Source: Candidatus Woesearchaeota archaeon (lineage in GTDB: Archaea; Nanobdellota; Nanobdellia; Woesearchaeales; ARS49). From it: a DNA stretch of 64,000 nt. Positions within the stretch are counted from its first letter, which is position 1. Every line of letters begins with the position of its first letter. Below the pieces are notes generated by a model. That model ran no database searches, was not told where the DNA came from, and was given only the letters and a program-made list of their open reading frames with translations. The stretch is from positions 8,040 to 72,039 of the forward strand of contig NYZT01000011.1 in assembly GCA_002687275.1 (NCBI GenBank). Reading direction: 5' to 3'. Positions 27,154-35,904 of this stretch are shown here, piece by piece. A program made the translations under genes and the position numbers.

Positions 27154-28488
27154 ATGCTGGAAAAGCTTGGCCAAGGGATCAGGGGAACGCTGCAAAAAGT
27201 AGCTAAAGCCCTGTTTGTTGACGAAAAGCTTATTGACGCCCTCATCAAGGATATCCAGCGGGCGCTACTGGCCTCAGATGTCAACGTACAGCTAGTGTTT
27301 GACCTGAGCAAGCGCATCAAAGAACGTGCAAAAGCAGAGACCGCAAAGGGCCTGACAAAAAAAGAGCAGCTCATCAACATTGTGTATGAAGAGCTGACCG
27401 CATTTCTGGGTGGAGATGGCAAGGAGCTCAAGGTTGAGAGCAAGCCCTTCAAGATACTCCTCGTGGGCCTGTACGGAAGTGGAAAAACGACGGCTTCTGG
27501 AAAGCTTGCCAAGTACTTCACAAAACGAGGGAAAAAAACCGCCATCCTAGGATTGGATACCATGCGGCCGGCAGCCATGGACCAGATCCAACAGACCGTC
27601 AAAGGTACAGGAATCAGAGCGTTGATAGACCAAGACAGCAAAGACCCGGTTGCCATCTACAAAAACTACGAAGACGCCGTAAACAAGCACGACGTGGCCA
27701 TCATAGACACTGCAGGAAGGGATGCCCTGAGTGACGACCTTATTGACGAAATCTCTAAGATCAAGGAAGCGGTGGATCCTGATGAGATCTTCCTCGTGAT
27801 GAGCGCGGATATCGGCCAGACCGCAAAAAAACAAGCCGATGCCTTCCACGACCATTGTGGAATAACCGGAGTTATCATCACAAAAATGGATGGTACGGCA
27901 CGAGGCGGAGGCGCCCTGAGTGCGTGCGCTGCCACCGACGCGCCAGTCCACTTCTTAGGTGTTGGCGAGAAGATTGACGATCTTGAGGTTTTCGATGCCA
28001 AGCGTTTTGTGGGAAGATTGTTGGGCATGGGCGACCTAGCAAGCCTTGTAGAAAAAGCACAAGGTGCTGTGACCGAGGAAGATGCCAAGGACATGGAGAA
28101 AAGGTTGCTCAAGGGAGAGTTCAACCTTCTGGACCTGTACAATCAGATGGAAGCCATGAACAAGATGGGAACGCTAGGCAACCTAGTGGAGATGATTCCT
28201 GGCATGGGGCAGTTGAAACTACCCAAAGACGCCATCAACGTCCAAGAGGGCAAGCTCGTTCAGTGGAAGAGAGCGATGGACAGCATGACAAAGAAAGAGT
28301 TGGAGGAGCCCGACGTCATTGATTCTAACCGAGTAAAACGTATAGCAACAGGCAGCGGGGTTAAGCAGGATGACATTAGGGGTTTGATCAAGCAGTACAA
28401 GCAGTCGAAGAAGATGGTCAAGCTCTTGAAGGGCGATGTCAACCCCGAAAAATTGTTGAAAAAGCTAAAGCACCAGTACAAGGGTTAG
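27154..28488 (+). CDS. srp54: signal recognition particle protein SRP54
   Basis: N domain, GTPase G domain (LVGLYGSGKTTASGKLA, DTAGR, TKMDG) and Met-rich M domain (MEAMNKMGTLGNLVEMIPGMG). Confidence 0.9.
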   Translation: MLEKLGQGIRGTLQKVAKALFVDEKLIDALIKDIQRALLASDVNVQLVFDLSKRIKERAKAETAKGLTKKEQLINIVYEELTAFLGGDGKELKVESKPFKILLVGLYGSGKTTASGKLAKYFTKRGKKTAILGLDTMRPAAMDQIQQTVKGTGIRALIDQDSKDPVAIYKNYEDAVNKHDVAIIDTAGRDALSDDLIDEISKIKEAVDPDEIFLVMSADIGQTAKKQADAFHDHCGITGVIITKMDGTARGGGALSACAATDAPVHFLGVGEKIDDLEVFDAKRFVGRLLGMGDLASLVEKAQGAVTEEDAKDMEKRLLKGEFNLLDLYNQMEAMNKMGTLGNLVEMIPGMGQLKLPKDAINVQEGKLVQWKRAMDSMTKKELEEPDVIDSNRVKRIATGSGVKQDDIRGLIKQYKQSKKMVKLLKGDVNPEKLLKKLKHQYKG

Positions 28489-28952
28489 CGAACGTAGTTA
28501 ATGTCGTCAATGCTCTGGACGATGCCGTGATTATGATCGGGCATTTCTATGCTGGTGAAGTGGAAGTCTCTGTCCCCCCACTGACCGTACAGTCGCACTT
28601 TATCTGAGTCGCCGTCGTGATACTCGTCGTTGAAGGCGTGCATCCATGATCTCAATCTTTGCATGCCTTTCTTGTCTGTTGAAGCAACGGTTGCTCTGGC
28701 GAATGCAGGAATGCCTGTGCGTTTGTACACGGGCAGGGTGAGCGTGTGCGTGCCGCCAGGCAATTTTTCCAGGGTTGCCTCTTTACTTGGCTCGCACGAC
28801 ACTTCCTCTGAACCCTTCTTGGGTTGGTTGGTGATCCTAGATTGGGTTCTGTACAAGGATCGTGGAAAATCAAAGTTGACGTGCAGAAAGACGCCAATCA
28901 TGGCTGCGCAGGCAATGGCAAACAAGCCCTGGCCAGTGGTAGGCTTTGGCAT
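28485..28952 (-). CDS. hypothetical secreted/membrane-anchored protein
   Basis: N-terminal hydrophobic segment (GLFAIACAAMIGVFL); no family recognised. Confidence 0.35.
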   Translation of the reverse strand: MPKPTTGQGLFAIACAAMIGVFLHVNFDFPRSLYRTQSRITNQPKKGSEEVSCEPSKEATLEKLPGGTHTLTLPVYKRTGIPAFARATVASTDKKGMQRLRSWMHAFNDEYHDGDSDKVRLYGQWGDRDFHFTSIEMPDHNHGIVQSIDDINYVR

Positions 28953-28982
28953 GCGCTTGGTACAACCTCAGAACTTAAAAGC

Positions 28983-30458
28983 TTAATGCTTCATGAAGGG
29001 AAATATGATGACGTCACGGATGCTTTGTTTGTTCGTGAGCAGCATGGTCATCCTGTCGATGCCGATGCCTAGCCCGCCTGCGGGTGGCATGCCGTGCTCT
29101 AGTGCTTTGATGTAGTCCTCGTCAAAGGGATGTGCCTCTTCGTCTCCTTTCTGTCGTTTTTCTTCGCCCGCGGTAAATAATTCCTTCTGTCGTTTTGGAT
29201 CGTTAAGCTCTGAGTACCCGTTTGCTAGCTCCATGCCACACGCGAATGGCTCGAAACGTTCGATGGCAAACTCTGGGTCCTCTCTGCACTTCTTTGCCAA
29301 AGGACACGTCTCCCAGGGATGGTGGGTGATGAATGTTGGCTGGATGAGGTGGGACTCTACCTTGTCCTCAAAGATCGCGTTGATCAACTCTCCCCTGCTA
29401 GCACCTTGCTTGACGTCGTCAGGGTTTGCGTGTTGCATGAGATCTTCCTTGCTCATGGATGCTGCGTCGATGTTGGAAAACTTTTTGATGGCTTCGAGCA
29501 TGGTCATTCTTGGCCATGGCTTTTTGAACTCTAGCTCGTGATCGCCATACGTGACCTTTGTTTTGCCATGGAGTGCGAGGGCGCACTGTTCATAGATCTC
29601 TTCGGTTATCTCCATCATGGTTGTGTAATCTCCATACGCGCAATAACACTCCATCATGGTAAATTCTGGATTGTGGGAACGATCGATGTCTTCGTTTCTG
29701 AACACCTTGCCTATCTCAAAGACCTTGTCAAAGCCTCCTACCAGTAATTTCTTTAGTGGGAGTTCCAGAGCGATGCGCATGTACACGGTCATTTTGTGCG
29801 CGTTCAGGAAACTCTTGAAGGGCTTTGCCTCTGCGCCTCCATAGATGGGTTCTAGCACTGGAATCTCTACCTCTAGGTATCCCTTGTCGCGCAGGACCTT
29901 TCTTGTGGTGTCTAGGATGGTCTGGCGTTGTTTGAAAACCTCTTTTACCTCAGGATTCATGGTGAGGTCTAGGTATCTTTGGCGGTACCTTTGCTCTACA
30001 TCTTTCAGGCCGTGCCATTTTTCTGGTAGGGGTCTCAGCGCTTTGGATAACAATTGGAAGCTAGTGACGGCTACGGATAGTTCTCCTTGTTTGCTTTTGA
30101 AAATCGTGCCTTTTGCCCCGATCCAGTCCCCACCATCCAACATTTTTAGCAGGTCATACTGTTTGAGGTCATCCTTTCGGAAGTACAATTGTATTTTTCC
30201 TGTGCTGTCCTGGATGTGGGCGAACGTGATCTTGCCAAGGTTCCTAAATCCTAACAACCTGCCAGCTACGCTGACCTCATCTTGTGTTTTTCCTTCTGCA
30301 GGAAGGCTGTCGTACTGCTCATGAAGCGCGCTAGCGGTGTGCTGCACGTCATAACCGTGCGGGTAGGGCTCTATTCCCTTCTCTTGCAAGGCTGCTAACT
30401 TTTTCTCACGTTCTGCTATGAGTTCTTCTTCGCTAGGCATGGCTCTGTTCTCGTGCAT
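28983..30458 (-). CDS. lysS: lysyl-tRNA synthetase, class II
   Basis: OB-fold anticodon-binding N-terminus plus class II core motifs (FRNEDIDRSHNPEFTMMECYCAY; GGLGIGIDRMTMLLT). Confidence 0.9.
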   Translation of the reverse strand: MHENRAMPSEEELIAEREKKLAALQEKGIEPYPHGYDVQHTASALHEQYDSLPAEGKTQDEVSVAGRLLGFRNLGKITFAHIQDSTGKIQLYFRKDDLKQYDLLKMLDGGDWIGAKGTIFKSKQGELSVAVTSFQLLSKALRPLPEKWHGLKDVEQRYRQRYLDLTMNPEVKEVFKQRQTILDTTRKVLRDKGYLEVEIPVLEPIYGGAEAKPFKSFLNAHKMTVYMRIALELPLKKLLVGGFDKVFEIGKVFRNEDIDRSHNPEFTMMECYCAYGDYTTMMEITEEIYEQCALALHGKTKVTYGDHELEFKKPWPRMTMLEAIKKFSNIDAASMSKEDLMQHANPDDVKQGASRGELINAIFEDKVESHLIQPTFITHHPWETCPLAKKCREDPEFAIERFEPFACGMELANGYSELNDPKRQKELFTAGEEKRQKGDEEAHPFDEDYIKALEHGMPPAGGLGIGIDRMTMLLTNKQSIRDVIIFPFMKH

Positions 30459-30583
30459 ACTGCATATAAACCTTTGCCCTTCACTTCTGAGAAAGGATTA
30501 AATCTTGTCTTTAACGAGTGAACGCATTCCACCACAACCTTTTTAAGGCTAGTGTCCCTGCTAAGAGTTGGAGTGAATGAAGT

Positions 30584-30868
30584 ATGACCACACTTACTCG
30601 GGAACCGATAAACCGCGGATATGCTAGCACAGAAACTAACTCGCAGACTCCTGCAATAGCGGGTGTGCAGCAAAGCGCGTTTGACAAGTTAGTGGATTTT
30701 TATGGGCTACAGGGTGTCCAGAAGGTTTATGCGATGTTTGTGGGTACCTTAGGCGTGACTGGTGCTGCAGATGCCCTGAATAGAGCTGCCAGCCAGCTAG
30801 GAAATACATCGGCACAAGAATTAGAAGCGGTGCTTGCGTCCGTCGATACTGGCGCTTCAACTGACTAA
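30584..30868 (+). CDS. hypothetical small protein
   Basis: 94-aa Ala/Gly/Thr-rich ORF immediately upstream of the 566-aa ORFan, same strand. Confidence 0.3.
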   Translation: MTTLTREPINRGYASTETNSQTPAIAGVQQSAFDKLVDFYGLQGVQKVYAMFVGTLGVTGAADALNRAASQLGNTSAQELEAVLASVDTGASTD

Positions 30869-30888
30869 GCTTTTTAAAGCACCTAGAA

Positions 30889-32589
30889 TTGTTACACTTG
30901 GGTATGGCAAGTAACAGTACACATGGCTTAGCTGACGCAGTAGTCGAGCTAACCACGCTTATGGAACAGCTTGAAGGGGACGAAAGTCTCAGCGATGTCG
31001 TTAGGAATATTAGAATTGTTGCGTGGGCACAAGGACACCCTCTAGGGGTCCAAGCAATGCTGCAGCTTGACTGTTGGCCAGAACTACCTGAGTACGACAG
31101 CGCCGAAGAATTCAGAGAAAAAATACATGAGTACACGCCGCAAAACGCGGCAAGCCTTGCCATGCTTGCGGCAGCGCACGTTGGTCACCCCGAAGACGAA
31201 GGCAGAATCTATAATTATCTAGAAAGAGCATTTGCAGAGCGCAACGCATCTGCCATACCTTGGGCACACATACCGTTTGTCAGAAACGCGATAGGCCGGG
31301 AGACACCATACCTTAGAAGATTCCTTTTCACTCCAGATGGCACGAACGCGTGGAAGGCATACACTAGTGACTCAAAACTTCCCATAACGCTCCTGGAGAA
31401 TTCTGGCTGTGTCCAGGATGTTGTTGACTGGAGGGGCAATCCTGTTCCTGTGGCTGAGGTCACCCGCGTTCTTTCTGGCGAGGGTGCTGCTTCCTTCGTC
31501 CAGATGGAGAGAGTAAGGGGGAGGCCTCCTGATCCGTTAGAGGTACGGTCGTGGCCAGAGAAAGATCGTGTGCAGCTCTTCCAAAAGTGTGTAGACATGG
31601 GCATGGCGCTGGGTTACAAGCTTAAAGAGGCTCGCGGAGAAGAGGTTGATGATGACACGGTTGTCACACGACCTGCCGAGCGTTCGCATATCACTCTTAA
31701 TGATCTTGGTCCGATGGCAGGAGCTGTGGAACGATTCTTTAGCTTGCTTGAGCTGCGAGGTGTTTACACTAAAAATCCCGATCTCATACGCATCGAAAAC
31801 GAGATCATACGAACGATCCAGAACTATGATGATCAAGCGCGGGATTTCCCTGACGATTTCTCCCTCGTCTTCACGGACTGTGGACCAAGAAACGTGTTAC
31901 AAGATTTTGCTGCACCAGACGCAGAAGAACAGCACAAACGAGTTGATGTGGAGAGCCGGACAAAGGTGTGGTGTACTGATGATCAGTGGAGGCCGTTTGT
32001 CTCGGATAATTATGGGTTCCAGCTAAAGAAGCACAAGGAATTGCTAAGGAGTTTTAACATCTACCCGCTTGCTATCGCTGCATATCACGCACAGCCCGAC
32101 GACGAACTCGTTGATATCGCGAATGCATGGGAATATCTTCAGTCAGACACCGTTGACTCTGGCCACCGAAACAGGCTAGATGCATTATTTACGAAACGAG
32201 ATTATGGCGTCACCACAGAACAAATGTGGTACCATGGTGTTGCACAACTGGCGAAAATTTCTTTTGAACTTGGGTTCTACGACCTAAATGATCTGAGAAT
32301 ACTGAAAGACAAGATGTCTGGCGTCAGAGAGGATCACGGCACAATATGCGGCGCTGTTGATGAGCTAAGTGCGCAGTCACTCAGAAGGGAGTTAGAGATG
32401 CCGGTGGATACCTTCCAAGAGCAAGATGTTGTAAGGCGAGAGTATGCGGTCTACAAGATCCTGTATGATGAGTTTGTGCAAGAACTCAAAATGTATGCTA
32501 GATTATGTAAAGAGGCACTGAGCATTCTCGACTGTCCTTCTGCAAACAAACTAGATCCTTACTTTAGTTCTTCTTTGCTGGACCAATAA
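30889..32589 (+). CDS. large hypothetical protein (566 aa, no recognisable domain)
   Basis: Long uninterrupted ORF with balanced composition; no motif I can assign. Confidence 0.45.
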   Translation: MLHLGMASNSTHGLADAVVELTTLMEQLEGDESLSDVVRNIRIVAWAQGHPLGVQAMLQLDCWPELPEYDSAEEFREKIHEYTPQNAASLAMLAAAHVGHPEDEGRIYNYLERAFAERNASAIPWAHIPFVRNAIGRETPYLRRFLFTPDGTNAWKAYTSDSKLPITLLENSGCVQDVVDWRGNPVPVAEVTRVLSGEGAASFVQMERVRGRPPDPLEVRSWPEKDRVQLFQKCVDMGMALGYKLKEARGEEVDDDTVVTRPAERSHITLNDLGPMAGAVERFFSLLELRGVYTKNPDLIRIENEIIRTIQNYDDQARDFPDDFSLVFTDCGPRNVLQDFAAPDAEEQHKRVDVESRTKVWCTDDQWRPFVSDNYGFQLKKHKELLRSFNIYPLAIAAYHAQPDDELVDIANAWEYLQSDTVDSGHRNRLDALFTKRDYGVTTEQMWYHGVAQLAKISFELGFYDLNDLRILKDKMSGVREDHGTICGAVDELSAQSLRRELEMPVDTFQEQDVVRREYAVYKILYDEFVQELKMYARLCKEALSILDCPSANKLDPYFSSSLLDQ

Positions 32590-33485
32590 CACAGCAGGGT
32601 TATCGGGCTCGCCATGTTGCGCACGGCAAGAGTGATATGCATGAGCGAGGAGGCCTGAAGCATCTCTGCGTTGTTGCCTGTTTTTGCTTTCATCACCGCT
32701 TGTTTTGTCTTCTCGCTAGTTTCCAGCAAGGCCTTGAGCCTGTCTACTTTCTTTGATTGGAGCAAGGAAATGGTTTCGGCAAGATACGTCTCCACCTCCT
32801 TTGCTGCCTTGATCAGCACGGGCCGGGGCTTGTTGCTCTTTTGTACGCGATAGCTCAATTCCTTGTAGGCATCACCTATGCCTTCTAGGTAGTCGATTAT
32901 TTCGTACATGGGTCCAAGAGGTTCCCCTCTTGCGTCAGGATGTTTGTTCAACGCCCGGAGGCAAAAGTAGGCGAGCTTGTTCACGCTCGTATCCATGAAC
33001 GCCACGCTGCTATACCCGCTTTTGTCTGCAGTCTTCATGGCTTCAACCATCTCGCTGGACATGGTTTTTACGAAAATTAGCAGGCGTTTGAAGACGGGCT
33101 CGAACTCTTCGAATATCGTGTCGCTAATCTTTCTGAGCACGATGGAGTCGCGCGATTGCTCCACGACCTCGAAGCCCACACAATTGCTGCTGACAAAGTC
33201 CTGGGCTTCCTTGACCAAGCTAGGCTCTTTGAAGTTTATTCTGATCTCGTCGAAGCCACCCTTGTAGAGCGCTCCGATAAGCAGGCCACTAAGCCTGCGC
33301 TCGTCGGAAGAAACGGTTACCGTGCGTAAGGGCGGCTCGTGCTCTCCCTTGCTCACGAGCAATCCTTTTGTCGTGGGGCTGACGTCAAGCTCATCCCCTT
33401 TCTTGATGCTGTTGTGTTTGCACCATTCTCGTGGCAACGAGATGAGTTGCGTGCTATTCGCTATTTGTATAACTTTTCGTTTCAT
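32559..33485 (-). CDS. SpoVT/AbrB-domain plus PhoU-like domain regulator
   Basis: N-terminal VIQIANSTQLISLPREWCKHNSIKKGDELDV is a swapped-hairpin AbrB/MazE-type DNA-binding domain. The long helical C-terminus resembles archaeal PhoU-like regulators. Confidence 0.55.
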   Translation of the reverse strand: MKRKVIQIANSTQLISLPREWCKHNSIKKGDELDVSPTTKGLLVSKGEHEPPLRTVTVSSDERRLSGLLIGALYKGGFDEIRINFKEPSLVKEAQDFVSSNCVGFEVVEQSRDSIVLRKISDTIFEEFEPVFKRLLIFVKTMSSEMVEAMKTADKSGYSSVAFMDTSVNKLAYFCLRALNKHPDARGEPLGPMYEIIDYLEGIGDAYKELSYRVQKSNKPRPVLIKAAKEVETYLAETISLLQSKKVDRLKALLETSEKTKQAVMKAKTGNNAEMLQASSLMHITLAVRNMASPITLLCYWSSKEELK

Positions 33486-33525
33486 CCACCATGGCTAGCG
33501 TTTGATTATATAAAAAGGTTGCGAT

Positions 33526-33548
33526 TATATAAAAATTATAAATTATAA
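33526..33548 (+). promoter_or_regulatory. AT-rich promoter-like 23-mer upstream of microprotein cassette 1
   Basis: ttatataaaaattataaattata; near-identical to 33934-33956; contains TATA-box-like ttatata preceded by A-rich BRE-like context. Confidence 0.4.
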
Positions 33549-33599
33549 GGAATAACTATATTAAAACCTATTATAGGTTGATTCACAGAGGAAACCCGA

Positions 33600-33722
33600 A
33601 TGATGGGGAGTACAAACAAGCGTAACGAGCCGCATCTGGACCGCCTCCGATGGGATGAAGACCTATGGGAAGAGGAGCTAGATGAGGACGAAATAATGGA
33701 GGAAAGCGACAATGGAAAATGA
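33600..33722 (+). CDS. microprotein A1 (40 aa, acidic, Trp-containing)
   Basis: MMGSTNKRNEPHLDRLRWDEDLWEEELDEDEIMEESDNGK; GAGG 10 nt upstream; paralog of 34038-34163 (shared W[DE][EN]D...LWEE). Not in the supplied ORF track because it is under 60 aa. Confidence 0.45.
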   Translation: MMGSTNKRNEPHLDRLRWDEDLWEEELDEDEIMEESDNGK

Positions 33723-33828
33723 AACACCAATGAACATTGAAGATATAGGAGACCTACAAGCTTTCCTATGTAACAATCTACAAGACAGAAAGAAGCGTGC
33801 ACGATACCAGCGCGCATCACCGCAATAA
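33712..33828 (+). CDS. microprotein A2 (38 aa)
   Basis: MENETPMNIEDIGDLQAFLCNNLQDRKKRARYQRASPQ; overlaps A1 by 11 nt. Paralog of 34166-34276 with conserved IED(I/V)..AFL.N.L.DR..R..YQ. Confidence 0.45.
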   Translation: MENETPMNIEDIGDLQAFLCNNLQDRKKRARYQRASPQ

Positions 33829-33852
33829 CGCGTCTTCACTCACTTGAGACTA

Positions 33853-33895
33853 CCCCGTCCCTCTCACGAGGGATGGGGTCTAATTCTATTTTGTT
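33853..33895 (+). terminator. hairpin plus oligo-T terminator-like element
   Basis: ccccgtccctc-tcac-gagggatgggg (11-bp stem, one G.U) followed by tctaattctattttgttttg. Confidence 0.45.
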
Positions 33896-33933
33896 TTGAA
33901 TTCTTAGTTGTAACTTTGCGTCCTTTTCACTCA

Positions 33934-33956
33934 GTTATATAAAAATTACAAATTAT
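33934..33956 (+). promoter_or_regulatory. AT-rich promoter-like 23-mer upstream of microprotein cassette 2
   Basis: ttatataaaaattacaaattata; 22/23 identical to 33526-33548. Confidence 0.4.
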
Positions 33957-34037
33957 ATAATCATTATAAACTTTATAGCATAATTATATAATTGCGGAGG
34001 GGTGAGTAGACAATAACAAACATCGGGGGTGAGCACC

Positions 34038-34163
34038 ATGAACGAAAACGATTGGATGGACGACACCATATGGGAAAACGACATGGATGAAGGATCTCTA
34101 TGGGAAGAGGCCTTTATGCAGGGCGTGCGCGAAGCCGAGGAAGAAGGCTTCGGGGAGGCATGA
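34038..34163 (+). CDS. microprotein B1 (41 aa, acidic, Trp-containing)
   Basis: MNENDWMDDTIWENDMDEGSLWEEAFMQGVREAEEEGFGEA; GGAGGGGTGA 20 nt upstream; paralog of A1. Confidence 0.45.
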   Translation: MNENDWMDDTIWENDMDEGSLWEEAFMQGVREAEEEGFGEA

Positions 34164-34165
34164 GC

Positions 34166-34276
34166 ATGGAAGACGTACCCTTTGTGGTGACTGATATTGA
34201 GGATGTCCGCGCGTTCCTCATGAACGAGCTACGGGATAGAGAGCGCCGAACCAAATACCAACAGCATCTACACTAG
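34166..34276 (+). CDS. microprotein B2 (36 aa)
   Basis: MEDVPFVVTDIEDVRAFLMNELRDRERRTKYQQHLH; starts 2 nt after B1 stop; paralog of A2. Confidence 0.45.
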   Translation: MEDVPFVVTDIEDVRAFLMNELRDRERRTKYQQHLH

Positions 34277-34975
34277 ATCAGCCAGCCTGCCAAAAGGAAA
34301 TAGTTGCCTGTCTACCACGAACACTTCTGTTTTGGTGGGTACGGCTAGATCTGGTGGATTCTTGATCACGTCAGAACCTTCCTTGAGCGTGTTGAAAGAA
34401 GGCTGTATGACGATGGTGGACTGGCCTTGTTTGATCTTCAAAAAGCACTTGTACAGCTCGCTCTTCCTGTCCTCTCGGATACGGATGGCAGGGTGATGGT
34501 GTCCTATGAGGAGTGTCTTAGGTAGGGGGGAGGGTAGTGTGTCGCCATGCATGATGGTGATGCCTCCGGCAGTGTGTGCGGTGACAAGAGTAAGATCGCG
34601 ATCCTTTGCAATGGGGTCCAGCACGGTGTCGTGATTGCCCTTCACGACAACTAATTTTGCTCTTTTCTGAATGAAATCAATCAGTTTCTTCACGTCCCTC
34701 CACTCCTGCGGGCCTATGCTGCCAAACTGGTCTTTGATATCTCCGTTAAGCACGACCGTCTCTGGATGGGTGGCGTCTAAAATACTCTCTAGTCGGTCAA
34801 GAACTTCGGTAAACGGGGTCCGGGGTACGAGAATGCCCTGTCTGTTGAGGCTTTCCTCTAACCCGATATGAAGATCACTAATGACTAACGTGCTAGCTGC
34901 CTCAATGAACAGCCCCACGTCAACCACCTGCGTTCCTTCTAGAAGCGTCATAGGGTAGATATGGGGGAGGGTCAT
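34268..34975 (-). CDS. metallophosphoesterase (calcineurin-like)
   Basis: LVISDLHIG, VLNGDIKD, VVKGNHD and GHHH motifs in canonical order. Confidence 0.6.
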   Translation of the reverse strand: MTLPHIYPMTLLEGTQVVDVGLFIEAASTLVISDLHIGLEESLNRQGILVPRTPFTEVLDRLESILDATHPETVVLNGDIKDQFGSIGPQEWRDVKKLIDFIQKRAKLVVVKGNHDTVLDPIAKDRDLTLVTAHTAGGITIMHGDTLPSPLPKTLLIGHHHPAIRIREDRKSELYKCFLKIKQGQSTIVIQPSFNTLKEGSDVIKNPPDLAVPTKTEVFVVDRQLFPFGRLADLV

Positions 34976-35241
34976 AAAAACGTTTCCAACCCAAACTTTT
35001 TTATACTCTTATTCGGGCGTTTTACAAAAGAGGTGATGCGCATGGCAAAACGAGGTATATCCTGTACGTGTAATGCGCCAAAGCTGGCAGCAGGAGTGCT
35101 GTCTGTCGCGGTGGGCATATACTTGATAGTGCTAGGTTGGGCAACGCAAGGACTGGGCCAGACGTTCTGGAGTGTGTTATGGTATTTCTTGGGAGTGTTT
35201 GCGATAACGCTAGGAAATGCCATTAAGAGCAAGGCCTTAGT

Positions 35242-35904
35242 GTGCGAGATCCATTGAACAAGCAATTAATGTCCTATTTTGAGAACCTTAGAGGGGTGCT
35301 CAAGCAGCAAGGATATGACCAGACGGATATTGAGCAAGCTTCTGTTAAAGAGAGCGCGCCATTACTATTCGTGGTAGGGTGGGGTCTGAGCGCTGCCTAC
35401 TTTTTCATCACTCTGGCCTTCATCTTAATCTCTTTGCTTGCTGACGCGCTGCTAGCCTGGGTGGCCCTGTTGGTCGGAGCGTTTGTTATCGGCACGATTG
35501 CAGGCTTTGGGTTAGTACGAGCTACGACACGGCCGTGGAAGGTGGCCACCATGGCAAGCCTTGCTCCCTTCCTGGCCATGATTCTTCTACCCATAATGAC
35601 GTTGTTGGAGTTAACGCTAGAGAAGGTTGGCATGATGCTTGAACCGTTTACTCAGTATGGTGGCAAGGCAGCTGCAGCAGTAGGAGTGGTAGATATTTTT
35701 GCAAACTCTCTTCCTAGCAGGTTTACCGCCGCGTTCCTCATATTCATCTCAGCCGTGTTCATCCCCACAATGTTCTTGATCAAGCGAAAAAAGTTCAAGG
35801 CTCTAGCCTGTTTATTGATAGGGGTTGTCGTGTGCTTTGTTGCCTACCAGATCTCTCACACCCTGATGCTGTTGTTGTTTGAGAATGTTGCAGGAAGATT
35901 CTGA
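35242..35904 (+). CDS. polytopic membrane protein
   Basis: At least five hydrophobic helices; no family recognised. Confidence 0.4.
   Translation: MRDPLNKQLMSYFENLRGVLKQQGYDQTDIEQASVKESAPLLFVVGWGLSAAYFFITLAFILISLLADALLAWVALLVGAFVIGTIAGFGLVRATTRPWKVATMASLAPFLAMILLPIMTLLELTLEKVGMMLEPFTQYGGKAAAAVGVVDIFANSLPSRFTAAFLIFISAVFIPTMFLIKRKKFKALACLLIGVVVCFVAYQISHTLMLLLFENVAGRF

Noticed and set aside
27138-28142. Minus-strand ORFs of 172, 134 and 158 aa overlapping srp54
   Set aside because: Antisense to the SRP54 coding region; no motifs; shadow ORFs.
33536-33820. Minus-strand 94-aa ORF with a long Ser run (SSIISSSSSSSSHRSSSHRRRSR) across the AT-rich region
   Set aside because: Low-complexity translation antisense to the conserved microprotein cassette A1/A2. 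The paralogous cassette B has no equivalent antisense ORF, so this is most likely a shadow ORF.
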